Below, in pieces: positions 19,026 to 28,200 of a stretch of 64,000 nucleotides of DNA. Numbering within the stretch: position 1 is the stretch's first letter; every line of letters starts with the position of its first letter. Below the pieces are notes generated by a model. It was not told the DNA's origin and searched no databases. It saw only the letters and a list, made by a program, of their open reading frames with translations. The position numbers were made by a program, and so were the translations under genes. Origin of the DNA: Dehalococcoidia bacterium (GTDB taxonomy: Bacteria > Chloroflexota > Dehalococcoidia > Lucifugimonadales > JADFKI01); the NCBI GenBank assembly GCA_965200085.1, contig OZ241333.1, forward strand, positions 1,123,704 to 1,187,703, in the 5' to 3' direction.

Positions 19026-19680
19026 GGTTATGTCATAATGTGCCACTGAAATACATACATAACCTATAATTTGCAATAGGATTTTGGTTCGTTATTTTAT
19101 TGACTATTTGTTATTCTTGTTGATACTATCCTACAAGTGAATTATCAGATTATGTATAAGTATTAGCATAATATTGATGTCGTACTCTGAGGTGTATTGG
19201 ACGCCTATATGCACAGGCATGCATATAGTTTATCGCAATAACTACTTATTGCGTGCTTATTAAAGATGGAGATGTGGGTGCGGCAAGCTGATTCCTATTC
19301 ACTATCGTAGTTGTCGTTATGCCGGATGCTGCTCTTATGTCTGCCACATTGGCAGCCATTGAGAACCGCAAGGCATACGATTGTGTTCCGAATGACTATC
19401 GTGATGCACCGATTGCCCCAACCGGGAGAATAACAGTGAGTAGTTGGTGTTCCTGTCTGCCCTAGAATGTTCGGAGCAGCGCAATAGCATTGGGTTCATC
19501 ACCTCGATTTGCTATAAATCCGACCAAGATAACTACGCCCTAGGTATTTCATCTATGTATTGGAAATCAGTTCCCCTATGAGCGCATAAACTTCTTAGAT
19601 TTCCTGCTTTCGCAGGATCGTCCATTTGATCATATCTAGCAAAGTAACACCACAAAACTATGAGAATACCGGGGTGAACT

Positions 19681-22107
19681 ATGGTTCGGGCGCGTGCATT
19701 TGTTTTGAATAAGTACATATTTACTTTGGCGGTCGTCGTTGTAATCTTTGGTATGTTGGGTGAGGGCACTCGGAATGCATCAGCCAATATCCCGATAAAG
19801 CCAATAGGACTTCAGGTGCATCCGGGAAATGAAGAACTGCGGGTACGCTGGTCAAAAGTTGGCGATACCAATTATGAGGTCAGATATGGCACTACCAGTG
19901 GCAGCGGTACTTGGGTGGATGCAACTACCCCGCATGTTATCACTGGATTGACGAATGGCACACTGTACTATGTGCAGGTGCGCGACGTGTTGGAGGGTCC
20001 GATTGCTGAAGAAACAGGTACACCCACAGCAACGCCACTTCCTTGGCCTATAACTAACCTCAGTGCAACCACGGGGTATATGACGCTGCATGTTACTTGG
20101 GAATCAGCTAATTATGCCACATCTCATGAGATTACCTATGCTGACACAAAGGGTCCAGGTCATGGACCTTGGGTACCTACTGATACCGACTCGAGTCATA
20201 CACTTAACAACCTGCCAGATGATGTGCAATATGTTGTGATTGTTAGAGGTAAAAATGACCAGGGCACGGGTCACCAACGCAGCATTCTTGTTTACTTGCC
20301 AGTAGTATCGCCGACCCCTACGCCGACGCCGACAGAGACGGCGACCCCTACGCCAACGCCGACAGAGACAACGACCCCGACGATGACGCCGACAGAGACG
20401 CCGACCCCTACGCCGACGCCGACAGAGACGGCGACACCGACGCCAACACCGACAGAGACGGCGACCCCTACGCCAACGCCGACAGAGACGACGACCCCGA
20501 CGATGACGCCGACAGAGACGACGACCCCGACGATGACGCCGACAGAGACGACGACCCCGACGCCGACGCCGACAGAGACGACGACACCGACGCCAACACC
20601 GACAGAGACGACGACACCGACGCCAACACCGACGGCGAGCCCGACGCCAACACCGACGGCGAGCCCAGGTCCACCTCCAGGAATGCCCATGGATGTTACG
20701 ATCGATGTGTACCTTCCTGGGGAGTTAACACTTGATTGGACGGATGGTACAGACGCCACGAGCCATCAAGTTCGGTATGGTACCAGCAGCGGCAGCGGTG
20801 AATGGATGCCCCCGATGTCGCCCCCCTATCTCACGCAGAAACATCTTATACAGGGACTAACTAACGGCACGACTTATTACGTCGGTGTGCGTGCGGTCAA
20901 CGATACGGGATACAGCGACGTGGTTGAGGTTAGCGGCGTGCCTATGAGCGGCGTAGGCGTCGTCGAGGTTGATTCGGGGGACAGAGAGCTTACTTTGAAC
21001 TGGTCAGCTGCTGCAGGCGCCACGAGTTACCTAGTACGCATGTATAGTCCGATTAGCACCGAATTTATTGAAACAACTGAGCTGTCATACACCTTCACCG
21101 GTTTGACGAATCGTGTTCAACACGTTGGCGATGTGCGCAGCAAGAACGATACAGGATTCTTGAAAGGTGTTTCGAATTGGACTGGCACTCCTTGGCCATC
21201 AGTGGAAGCGCCGGGTACGCCGAAGCACCTAATGGCGCTTCCGGGGGATATGCAGCTGACGGTAACTTGGGCGAATGCTCCGGGCGCGACCAGCCATGAG
21301 ATCCGGTACGGCACCAACATGTACAGCGGCACTTGGATGCGGGCGAGCAGTCCGCATGTGATTACCGGATTGACGAATGGAAGGACTTATTATATCCAAG
21401 TGCGAGGCAAGAACAGCGTAGGCACTGGTGCTGTCGCAACTACCACCGGTGTGCCGGCGGCGGAGATGTACATGCCGGGAGTCGAAGTAACCCCGGGTAA
21501 TGCTCTGCTGCATTTAAGCTGGGAACCTATGCCGGGCGTACATTTTTACGAGGTTGCTGTTTCTGCAGGACCATTAGTCGGGAGCTTGCGGCATTGGAGA
21601 CCTGCGGGACCGGGTACAACATATACCCTAACAGAGTTCAGACCTTTTTCCGGGATTAAGCTTGCGAATGGGCTGATGCATGTCGTGGGTGTGCGTGGAA
21701 GACTGCCGAACAATCGTGTTACGCCTGTTATCATAGGCACCGGTGTTCCGATGGAACATCTTCAAAACCCTGTGAAGCGTCCTGAAAACCCGATGATGCC
21801 GATGCCTCCAATGCCAATAATGCCGCCGATGATGCCGATGCCAATGCCGACAATGGTGCCAATGCTGATGCCGCCGGGGCCGAATCCCATGGTTCTTCCG
21901 GTCTTGCCTATCCTTCCGGTTCTGCCAGCTCGGCCGGATCAGGTACTTGCACCTGTGCCTACGGCTACACCAGAACCTACGGTTACGCCGGAACCCACGG
22001 CTGAGCCAACGCCGAGACCTACGCCGAAGCCCCCAGGACAATCTCCGAAAAATCCTTTGCTGCCGCCCATGCCTGCACCGAAACCGGGTCCAATCATAGG
22101 TCTGTAA
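19681..22107 (+). CDS. N-terminally anchored surface protein with about six fibronectin type III-like modules, a Thr/Pro repeat linker and a Met/Pro-rich tail
   Basis: N-terminal hydrophobic anchor and a recurring FN3-like pattern (L.V.W....ATS[HY].[IV]RYG...G.W......H.ITGLTNG..YY[VI].VR). 808 aa. Confidence 0.8.
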   Translation: MVRARAFVLNKYIFTLAVVVVIFGMLGEGTRNASANIPIKPIGLQVHPGNEELRVRWSKVGDTNYEVRYGTTSGSGTWVDATTPHVITGLTNGTLYYVQVRDVLEGPIAEETGTPTATPLPWPITNLSATTGYMTLHVTWESANYATSHEITYADTKGPGHGPWVPTDTDSSHTLNNLPDDVQYVVIVRGKNDQGTGHQRSILVYLPVVSPTPTPTPTETATPTPTPTETTTPTMTPTETPTPTPTPTETATPTPTPTETATPTPTPTETTTPTMTPTETTTPTMTPTETTTPTPTPTETTTPTPTPTETTTPTPTPTASPTPTPTASPGPPPGMPMDVTIDVYLPGELTLDWTDGTDATSHQVRYGTSSGSGEWMPPMSPPYLTQKHLIQGLTNGTTYYVGVRAVNDTGYSDVVEVSGVPMSGVGVVEVDSGDRELTLNWSAAAGATSYLVRMYSPISTEFIETTELSYTFTGLTNRVQHVGDVRSKNDTGFLKGVSNWTGTPWPSVEAPGTPKHLMALPGDMQLTVTWANAPGATSHEIRYGTNMYSGTWMRASSPHVITGLTNGRTYYIQVRGKNSVGTGAVATTTGVPAAEMYMPGVEVTPGNALLHLSWEPMPGVHFYEVAVSAGPLVGSLRHWRPAGPGTTYTLTEFRPFSGIKLANGLMHVVGVRGRLPNNRVTPVIIGTGVPMEHLQNPVKRPENPMMPMPPMPIMPPMMPMPMPTMVPMLMPPGPNPMVLPVLPILPVLPARPDQVLAPVPTATPEPTVTPEPTAEPTPRPTPKPPGQSPKNPLLPPMPAPKPGPIIGL
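20311..20664 (+). repeat. in-frame tandem repeat, 30-bp period, about 11.8 copies, encoding (T/A)TPT(P/M)TPTET
   Basis: Copies align exactly with the 30-nt grid of the sequence listing (ccgaccccta cgccgacgcc gacagagacg and variants). Confidence 0.95.
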
Positions 22108-22389
22108 GCGTGTGCCGAAGCGTATGAGCATATGAATGAAGCGGCGTTCCTCGTCAGACCGGCGGGGGGCGCCTTTTGCTGTGGATTTGAACTTGCTGAC
22201 AAGAACTTGCGGAGGTTCACCTGACAATTACGCGGGGATGCGGTATGATTGCTGTCATTGGAACTGGCGCGGCGCTTGTATGCAGTATGTGCTATTTGCG
22301 TTATGTCCATTAGACAAGCGTTTAAGCTCGTGGATGCGGAGTTTGCCGGACGAAGTTTCAGGGCTGGCGCTAGATGAAAGATTCGGAAT

Positions 22390-22539
22390 ATGGCATCGAT
22401 TCCGCCCCAGATTCCGCACTCGAATGAAGAGCTGCGCGGAAGATACAAGCGGAGTTCCAATGAGTTGGGGTGTTTGGGTCTTTCGCTGATGATTTTCATA
22501 TTGTTAGCAGTATTGGCGGTTATTATATTTGTGTGGTAG
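22390..22539 (+). CDS. possible 49-aa tail-anchored membrane peptide (MASIPPQIPHSNEELRGRYKRSSNELGCLGLSLMIFILLAVLAVIIFVW)
   Basis: ORF found by hand, 62 nt upstream of the RdhA/QueG-like gene. Weak RBS and no homology evidence. Confidence 0.2.
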   Translation: MASIPPQIPHSNEELRGRYKRSSNELGCLGLSLMIFILLAVLAVIIFVW

Positions 22540-22601
22540 TCGGCGTGCGGTAGTGTGGCGAATTAGCTTACGCAAATCTCGGATATTCAGGTGAGGGTAA
22601 T

Positions 22602-23897
22602 ATGGCGAGACGGCGATTTGGACATGCAGTAACGAGGCCGGGACGCAAGCATGGTGATGAGCCTGTGGAGATTCCGGTTGCGAAGGATTTAGAGAAGGCG
22701 CCGGGGGAGCTTCGGCGAGAGCAGGAGATTAGCTTCTACGCGCGGGAGTATCCATTGGAGAGCTTTGCGCTGGAGCAGAGCGCGTCCGTGGAGTGGGCTG
22801 ACGGCATACGGCGCGAGTTTTCGCCTGAGACGGCAGAGCTGTATGAAGAGTTTCAGGAAGACATGAAGCCTGAGCTGGAGTGGATACGCGCGAGCGGCGA
22901 ACTTGATCCCATTGCTGAGCCTAGCGGCGAGGATGTTACGCAATCCATCAGGGAGATGGCGCGGAGTCTTGGTTACAGCGAAGTGGGTTTCACTCGCTTC
23001 GACAGGCGTTATGTGTATAAGGCGCGTCAGGGGGATGTGCGGCGCGGACTGCCGCACGCGATATGTTTGGCGCTGGAGCAGGAGCATACGGCGACGCAGT
23101 CTATACCTAGCTTGACGGCGGAAGAGGCGCAGGGCGAGACTTACAGAAGGCAGGCGGCGTTGGTGAAGGATCTGGTGGATCATATTCGCTCGCTGGGCTA
23201 TCGGGCGCAGGTGTCAGGTCCTACTTGGCAGTTTGGGCCTATGATACCGATGTTTGTAGATGCGGGGCTTGGGCAGCTTGGCGTGAACGGCCAGCTTCTA
23301 TCGCCGCACTTCGGGTCAAGGGCGCGGCTGCAAATCGTAATCACGGATGCGAAGGTAACTTACGACAGACCGGTAGATTACGGCATCCCCAAGTTCTGCG
23401 AGATATGCCAAGTCTGCTTTATGCGCTGTCCGGGACGGGCGATACAGGGTCAGCGGTTGTGGTATCGAGGCGTGGAGAAGGCGAAGCTGATAGCGAAACG
23501 CTGCCGCCCGGTGATGACGCGGTATTCAGGCTGCGGTGTGTGCATGAAGACCTGCCCGATACAGAAGTACGGCATGAAGCCTGTGATGGAACACTATATC
23601 GAGACAGGTGAGGTGCTGGGCAAAGGTACGGATAACCTTGAAGGATATGAACTCCCTGACAAGGGGTATTTCGCTGTGGGTAAGCTGCCGCGCTTTGACA
23701 CCGAGTTCTTTGATATGCCTACCGGACGTTCCGAAGACCATTTGATGGATGAACTTCAGGGCAGGCTGCAATCGGCGTCGAGCGCAGAAGACGAAGAGAG
23801 TGCATGGCGCGAGTATCGTCAGAAGCTGGGAAACACAATGAACAGGCATACGGCGGTAGTTGACATGGGCATGGATTTGGGCGTGTGGGAGCGTTAG
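22602..23897 (+). CDS. reductive dehalogenase / epoxyqueuosine reductase (QueG) superfamily 2x[4Fe-4S] protein, no TAT signal
   Basis: FCEICQVCFMRCP (CxxCxxCxxxCP) plus C-x10-CGVCMKTCP. AGLGQLGVNGQLLSPHFGSRARLQIVITDAKVTYDRPVDYG resembles the RdhA/QueG core. RBS GGTGAGGG. Confidence 0.6.
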   Translation: MARRRFGHAVTRPGRKHGDEPVEIPVAKDLEKAPGELRREQEISFYAREYPLESFALEQSASVEWADGIRREFSPETAELYEEFQEDMKPELEWIRASGELDPIAEPSGEDVTQSIREMARSLGYSEVGFTRFDRRYVYKARQGDVRRGLPHAICLALEQEHTATQSIPSLTAEEAQGETYRRQAALVKDLVDHIRSLGYRAQVSGPTWQFGPMIPMFVDAGLGQLGVNGQLLSPHFGSRARLQIVITDAKVTYDRPVDYGIPKFCEICQVCFMRCPGRAIQGQRLWYRGVEKAKLIAKRCRPVMTRYSGCGVCMKTCPIQKYGMKPVMEHYIETGEVLGKGTDNLEGYELPDKGYFAVGKLPRFDTEFFDMPTGRSEDHLMDELQGRLQSASSAEDEESAWREYRQKLGNTMNRHTAVVDMGMDLGVWER

Positions 23898-24018
23898 CAG
23901 GCGGCGTTAGGTAACAATGTGCTTTGCTGCGGTGCATTCGGCAGTCTGTTCAGCAGCGTGTTATTAGAAGTTCAAACAGTATAATTAGAGTCGAAATAAT
24001 TTTTAGGAGATAGGCAAA

Positions 24019-25092
24019 GTGTCATCATTTCTGAGCAATGAGGAGATAGTGCAGCGGGCGAGGAAGAACCTGCCTCAGGGCGCGTGGGACTATCTGGTGG
24101 GTGCGTCTGAGTCGGAAACGACAATGCGCCGCAATCGTCTAGCCTTCGACCGTATAGCGTTTCGGCCTAGAGTTCTGAACGATGTTTCCTCTGTGGATAC
24201 CTCAACCACTTTTCTGGGCAACAAGCTGCGGATTCCCGCTTTGCTCGCACCGATAGGGTCGCTTCAAGTCTTCAATCCTGAGGGCGGAGCAGCTTCCACT
24301 AGAGCGGCGGCAGAGTTTGGAATAACCCATGTGGTCAGTTCGGTTACGGATCCAAGTCTGGAGGATATAGCAGCGGCAGCGGATCATCCAAAGGTGTTTC
24401 AGCTCTACATTCACGGAGACTGGGGTTGGATCGAGGAGATGGTAGGGCGCATAAAGGCTGCGGGTTACATTGGGCTGTGCATAACGGTTGATACGGCGCA
24501 TTACAGCCGAAGGGAGCGCCCCATGCTGACGCGGTGGATGCCGCCAACTAGGCGCGCTAGGCCTAATCCGGTTCACTCCGCATCGGTTACATGGGATACT
24601 GTGGACAGAATTAAGAGCCTCGCCGGGCTTCCTTTTATGCTTAAGGGAATAGCGACCGCTGAAGATGCCAAAATCGCCGTTGAGCATGGCGTTGATGTGG
24701 TGTGGGTGTCGAATCATGGTGGACGGCAGCTCGACCATGGGCAAGGCACGATGGATATGCTTGAGGAAGTGGTGGAAGCGGTTGACGGCAATGCGGAGAT
24801 CGTACTAGACGGAGGTGTGCAGCGCGGCACGGACATTGCCAAAGCGGTTGCGCTGGGAGCGCGAGCCGTTGCGCTTGGTAAGCTGCAAGGCTGGGGACTT
24901 TCGGCAGACGGTCAGTCCGGTGTCGTTCGGATGTTGGAGATTCTGGAGGACGAGCTTATCGTCGCGATGGCGCTTCTCGGTGTAACTGCGATTGACCAGC
25001 TTACTCCTGCGTATGTGTGTCGGGATGAGGCGGTTACAATGCCGCACGAGATGAGCGCTTGGACTAATATGCCCGGCGATCGGATACTATAG
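24019..25092 (+). CDS. FMN-dependent alpha-hydroxy-acid dehydrogenase/oxidase (LldD / glycolate oxidase family)
   Basis: 357 aa with the SNHGGRQLD motif and a TIM-barrel FMN family pattern. GTG start with an upstream TAGGAG. Confidence 0.9.
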   Translation: MSSFLSNEEIVQRARKNLPQGAWDYLVGASESETTMRRNRLAFDRIAFRPRVLNDVSSVDTSTTFLGNKLRIPALLAPIGSLQVFNPEGGAASTRAAAEFGITHVVSSVTDPSLEDIAAAADHPKVFQLYIHGDWGWIEEMVGRIKAAGYIGLCITVDTAHYSRRERPMLTRWMPPTRRARPNPVHSASVTWDTVDRIKSLAGLPFMLKGIATAEDAKIAVEHGVDVVWVSNHGGRQLDHGQGTMDMLEEVVEAVDGNAEIVLDGGVQRGTDIAKAVALGARAVALGKLQGWGLSADGQSGVVRMLEILEDELIVAMALLGVTAIDQLTPAYVCRDEAVTMPHEMSAWTNMPGDRIL

Positions 25093-25217
25093 GCGCGGCG
25101 TACAATCTCGAACTATCTGAACTATCACAGTGGTAGGTATGCCATAGATGCGATTATCTGCCACTGTTAGATACACGCAGAGCGAGTGAAAAGGGAATTC
25201 GCTCGCTAAACACCAGA

Positions 25218-28200
25218 TTACTCGCCGTCGATGATGCGGAACATATACTCACGTGCAGGCGACAGATATTCGGGTGCAATGCGTGCTTCAGGCTTGCCCG
25301 GCGAAGTCCACAGCACCTCGAACCACGGCGATCCTCCGGTCGTATGATATTCCAGCCTGATCTGTCGCTCGCCCTCCGAAAGCTCTACGCTGCGCTCCCG
25401 TTCTACGCGCGTGTCAATTACAACATCGTCGTCCAAAATCAACTTCAGATTTCCGTGAACCTCACCGAATTTGAACTGATATAGACCGGACTCCGGCACA
25501 TGAAGGCTTCCGTCCCATACGGCAAGGTGCTCGCCCCTCACAACAGGGTCGTACCAAAACGCGCCGCCTATGCCGGGTGTAATGCGCATTGCGTCGGGCG
25601 CGGCATCTCCAATCTCATTGGTATCCGCAACTTCCTTGAAGAAGCGTCCTGCCAGCCCCACAGGGCGAATATCTCCATGATAAAGATTACTGGCAGGTAT
25701 AGGCTCCAATGAGCGTTCAGCAGCAGGTTCATCAATCTGCTGGGATTGCTCATCTTCATCAGACGGGGACGTCGGCTGTTTCCAAAGTAATCGCAGCGCG
25801 CTGTCATTGTCTTCCACTTGCGCACGTAACTCAAGCGCATGCAGCCCAACTGCCGGCTCTATCCGTATCTGCGGGTTTCTATTTGACAAGATGACTTCTC
25901 CGTCCAGCAGCACTTGAGCAAGCGAACTGCTTTCCAGCTCGAGTACGTACTCTCCCGGATGCGTTATGTGCAGAGCGCCTACCCACTCGACATCGAACGG
26001 TGTGTGTTCCGATGCATCTTCCAGCATCCACACACTCTCGCTGCTCTTCTTGAGATGCTCCACAACCTCGCCGTCTGGTTGAGTAATCCGCGAAACAAGT
26101 CCTTGCGCTGCCTCTATCTGCTCGCGGCTCAAATATGCCGCGTAGTACATCACTTCGCCTCCCGTTGGCGGTCGAACCTCATGGAACTCGGCGTCAGGGT
26201 AGTATGTCTTCAGCGTGTCATAGAAGCCGGATTCGCGGGGTTCCAGATAGACCGCAGCGCCGTGCCACACCGATTTCAAATCTATCGGAATGCTCTCAGG
26301 CGCAGCGATTACTTCTCGGAAAAGCCTGCCTCCATAGATATGTGTGTAAACGGTATGAATCAATATGAACTGCCTTGACACAAGCGGGTTGTATCCTCTG
26401 GATGCCAGCTCGTCCACATCTATCTGCATGAGAGATTCTGCGGTGGAAAATGACGCATACACCTCAGGATGCTCCGCTTGTTCGCCGAAGTAGGTGTTAA
26501 TGTTGGTATATGCGATGACTGCAAGTAGAAGCGCCACTGCTGCTGCGGCTCCAAAGCGCACCCATCGCCAGCCGACAGACTGCGCCGTGCGGAGAATGAA
26601 GTCCAGCCCAAGCGTGATAAGAGCTGCCACCGCAGGAATAACTGTGATGCTTCGAAGCGATTGTGGCGCTTCCCAAGGTATGGTCAGTACACCGGGCATA
26701 ATCATCACAAGCACCCATACGGGTAGAACGATGTAAGCCGCATTGCGCCAGCGGAATACTGCGACTACAAGTCCCACCAGCATCAGCATACCTGAAAAGA
26801 CATCCAGCATCGGCGCGCCGGGGATGTTGTGCCGTCCGTTTGGGTCGCCTTGTATATGGAACATCAAAATATGGCGTCTAAAGTTATCCACTATTGCGGA
26901 CAGGGTCTCCCCTTCACCCACAAAGTTGGATATGAATACTACCCCTGTGCGCCGAAAAAACTCTTCCGGGTAGATGAGAGCGACTTCTGCGACAGGCGCG
27001 GCTACTATTAGCATAAAAAGTACCAGTACGCCGATATTCACCAGTAGCCGTCTTCTTCCATCCGATTTCGCAAATACCAGTGCATGCAGCAGTACAAATC
27101 CAATCACCAACGGGAACATGCGAAATGGCGAGTAGAACCACATGCCCAGACCCAGTGAGATGCCCGCCAGTGCGAAGTCGGATGCGCGCTCACTGCGTAT
27201 AGCGCGATAGGTCAACCAAGCGCTGAGTGCGGCAAAGAAAGGCAGGCTTATCGCATGCAGCCCAACGCGGCTCCAAATAATATCCCAGCGCATAACTGCA
27301 ATTAGGAACGCGGCGGTCAATCCCATCAGAGTTCCTGCCATGTATCGCATCATCAGGAACATCGCGGCGATTCCCGCAAGACCGAACCCGGCGGCTACCA
27401 GCCTTCCAGTTGATATGGATATGCCGGTGAACTCTATCTGAATTGCGGTCAGCACCGACATCAGGCTGGGGAGGTTCTGAAATGCGACGAATACCGGCGT
27501 AGAACTAGGCTCTTCAGAAATTCGTATTGCTTCGCCAATCAGATCAGCCTCGTCAAACCATAAGCCCGGCGGAACTTCGTTCAGGTTGTACAGCCGGATC
27601 AGCAGCGCAAATAACAGAATTGCGCTTAGCGCACCCCAGATCAGTATCGCCCGATACTCAAACGAGACAATTTCCCCATGTCTAAATCGATGGATAAGAG
27701 CCGACCACTTACCTTCAAACGCAGGCATAGCCGCGATCGTCAGCAGAACCGACAGAATGTAACTCCACCAAGCGAGCGTGTTTGGCGGTCCCTGGGGAAA
27801 CATATACAGACTGACCATCGCTGACAGCAAGCCAATGCACATCACGGCTATTCCCACACGCCTCTCGTTGAATCTACGTGTGGATGCTGCTTGGGCAGGC
27901 GCGTCTGTGTCTGTGGCGCCCGTTACGCTTTGATGCGATGGCGTATCAGGGTTTGCCTGTGGTAAAGCAGGCGCAGTGGGCGCTGAAGACCTTGGTGGCG
28001 CGATAGGCGAGGATGGCGCAGTATAGACCTCAGATGAATCTGAATTCGGACCTACATCCTCTGACAATGTGTCAGGAGTTCTTGCGGCAGCAGCAGGCTT
28101 GCCTGCCAGAAAAACCTTAATATCCGACAGGAACAGTGTGAAGGACTTGCGCGACAGCCCACCTGCAGCAACTGCAATCGAGGTTAGCGCAAGTGCGAAC

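Noticed and set aside
19319-19465. 48-codon ORF (MPDAALMSATLAAIENRKAYDCVPNDYRDAPIAPTGRITVSSWCSCLP) in the AT-rich region.
   Set aside because: No RBS, no recognisable motif, and it is short.
20311-20664. The 30-bp periodic repeat could be mistaken for a CRISPR array.
   Set aside because: The units are contiguous with no spacers, lie in frame inside a long ORF, and no cas genes are present.
20292-22227. Antisense ORFs with striking repeats: GVGVGV (20292..20759) and a His/Arg/Trp-rich one (21628..22227).
   Set aside because: They are reverse-complement images of the in-frame Thr/Pro and Met/Pro repeats of the FN3 protein gene. There is no independent start or RBS evidence.
22136-22489. 117-aa plus-strand ORF containing a Cys/Trp-rich stretch (MRYDCCHWNWRGAC), considered as a RiPP-like precursor.
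   Set aside because: No RBS, no neighbouring maturation enzymes, and overall W/R/C-rich composition typical of out-of-frame noise.
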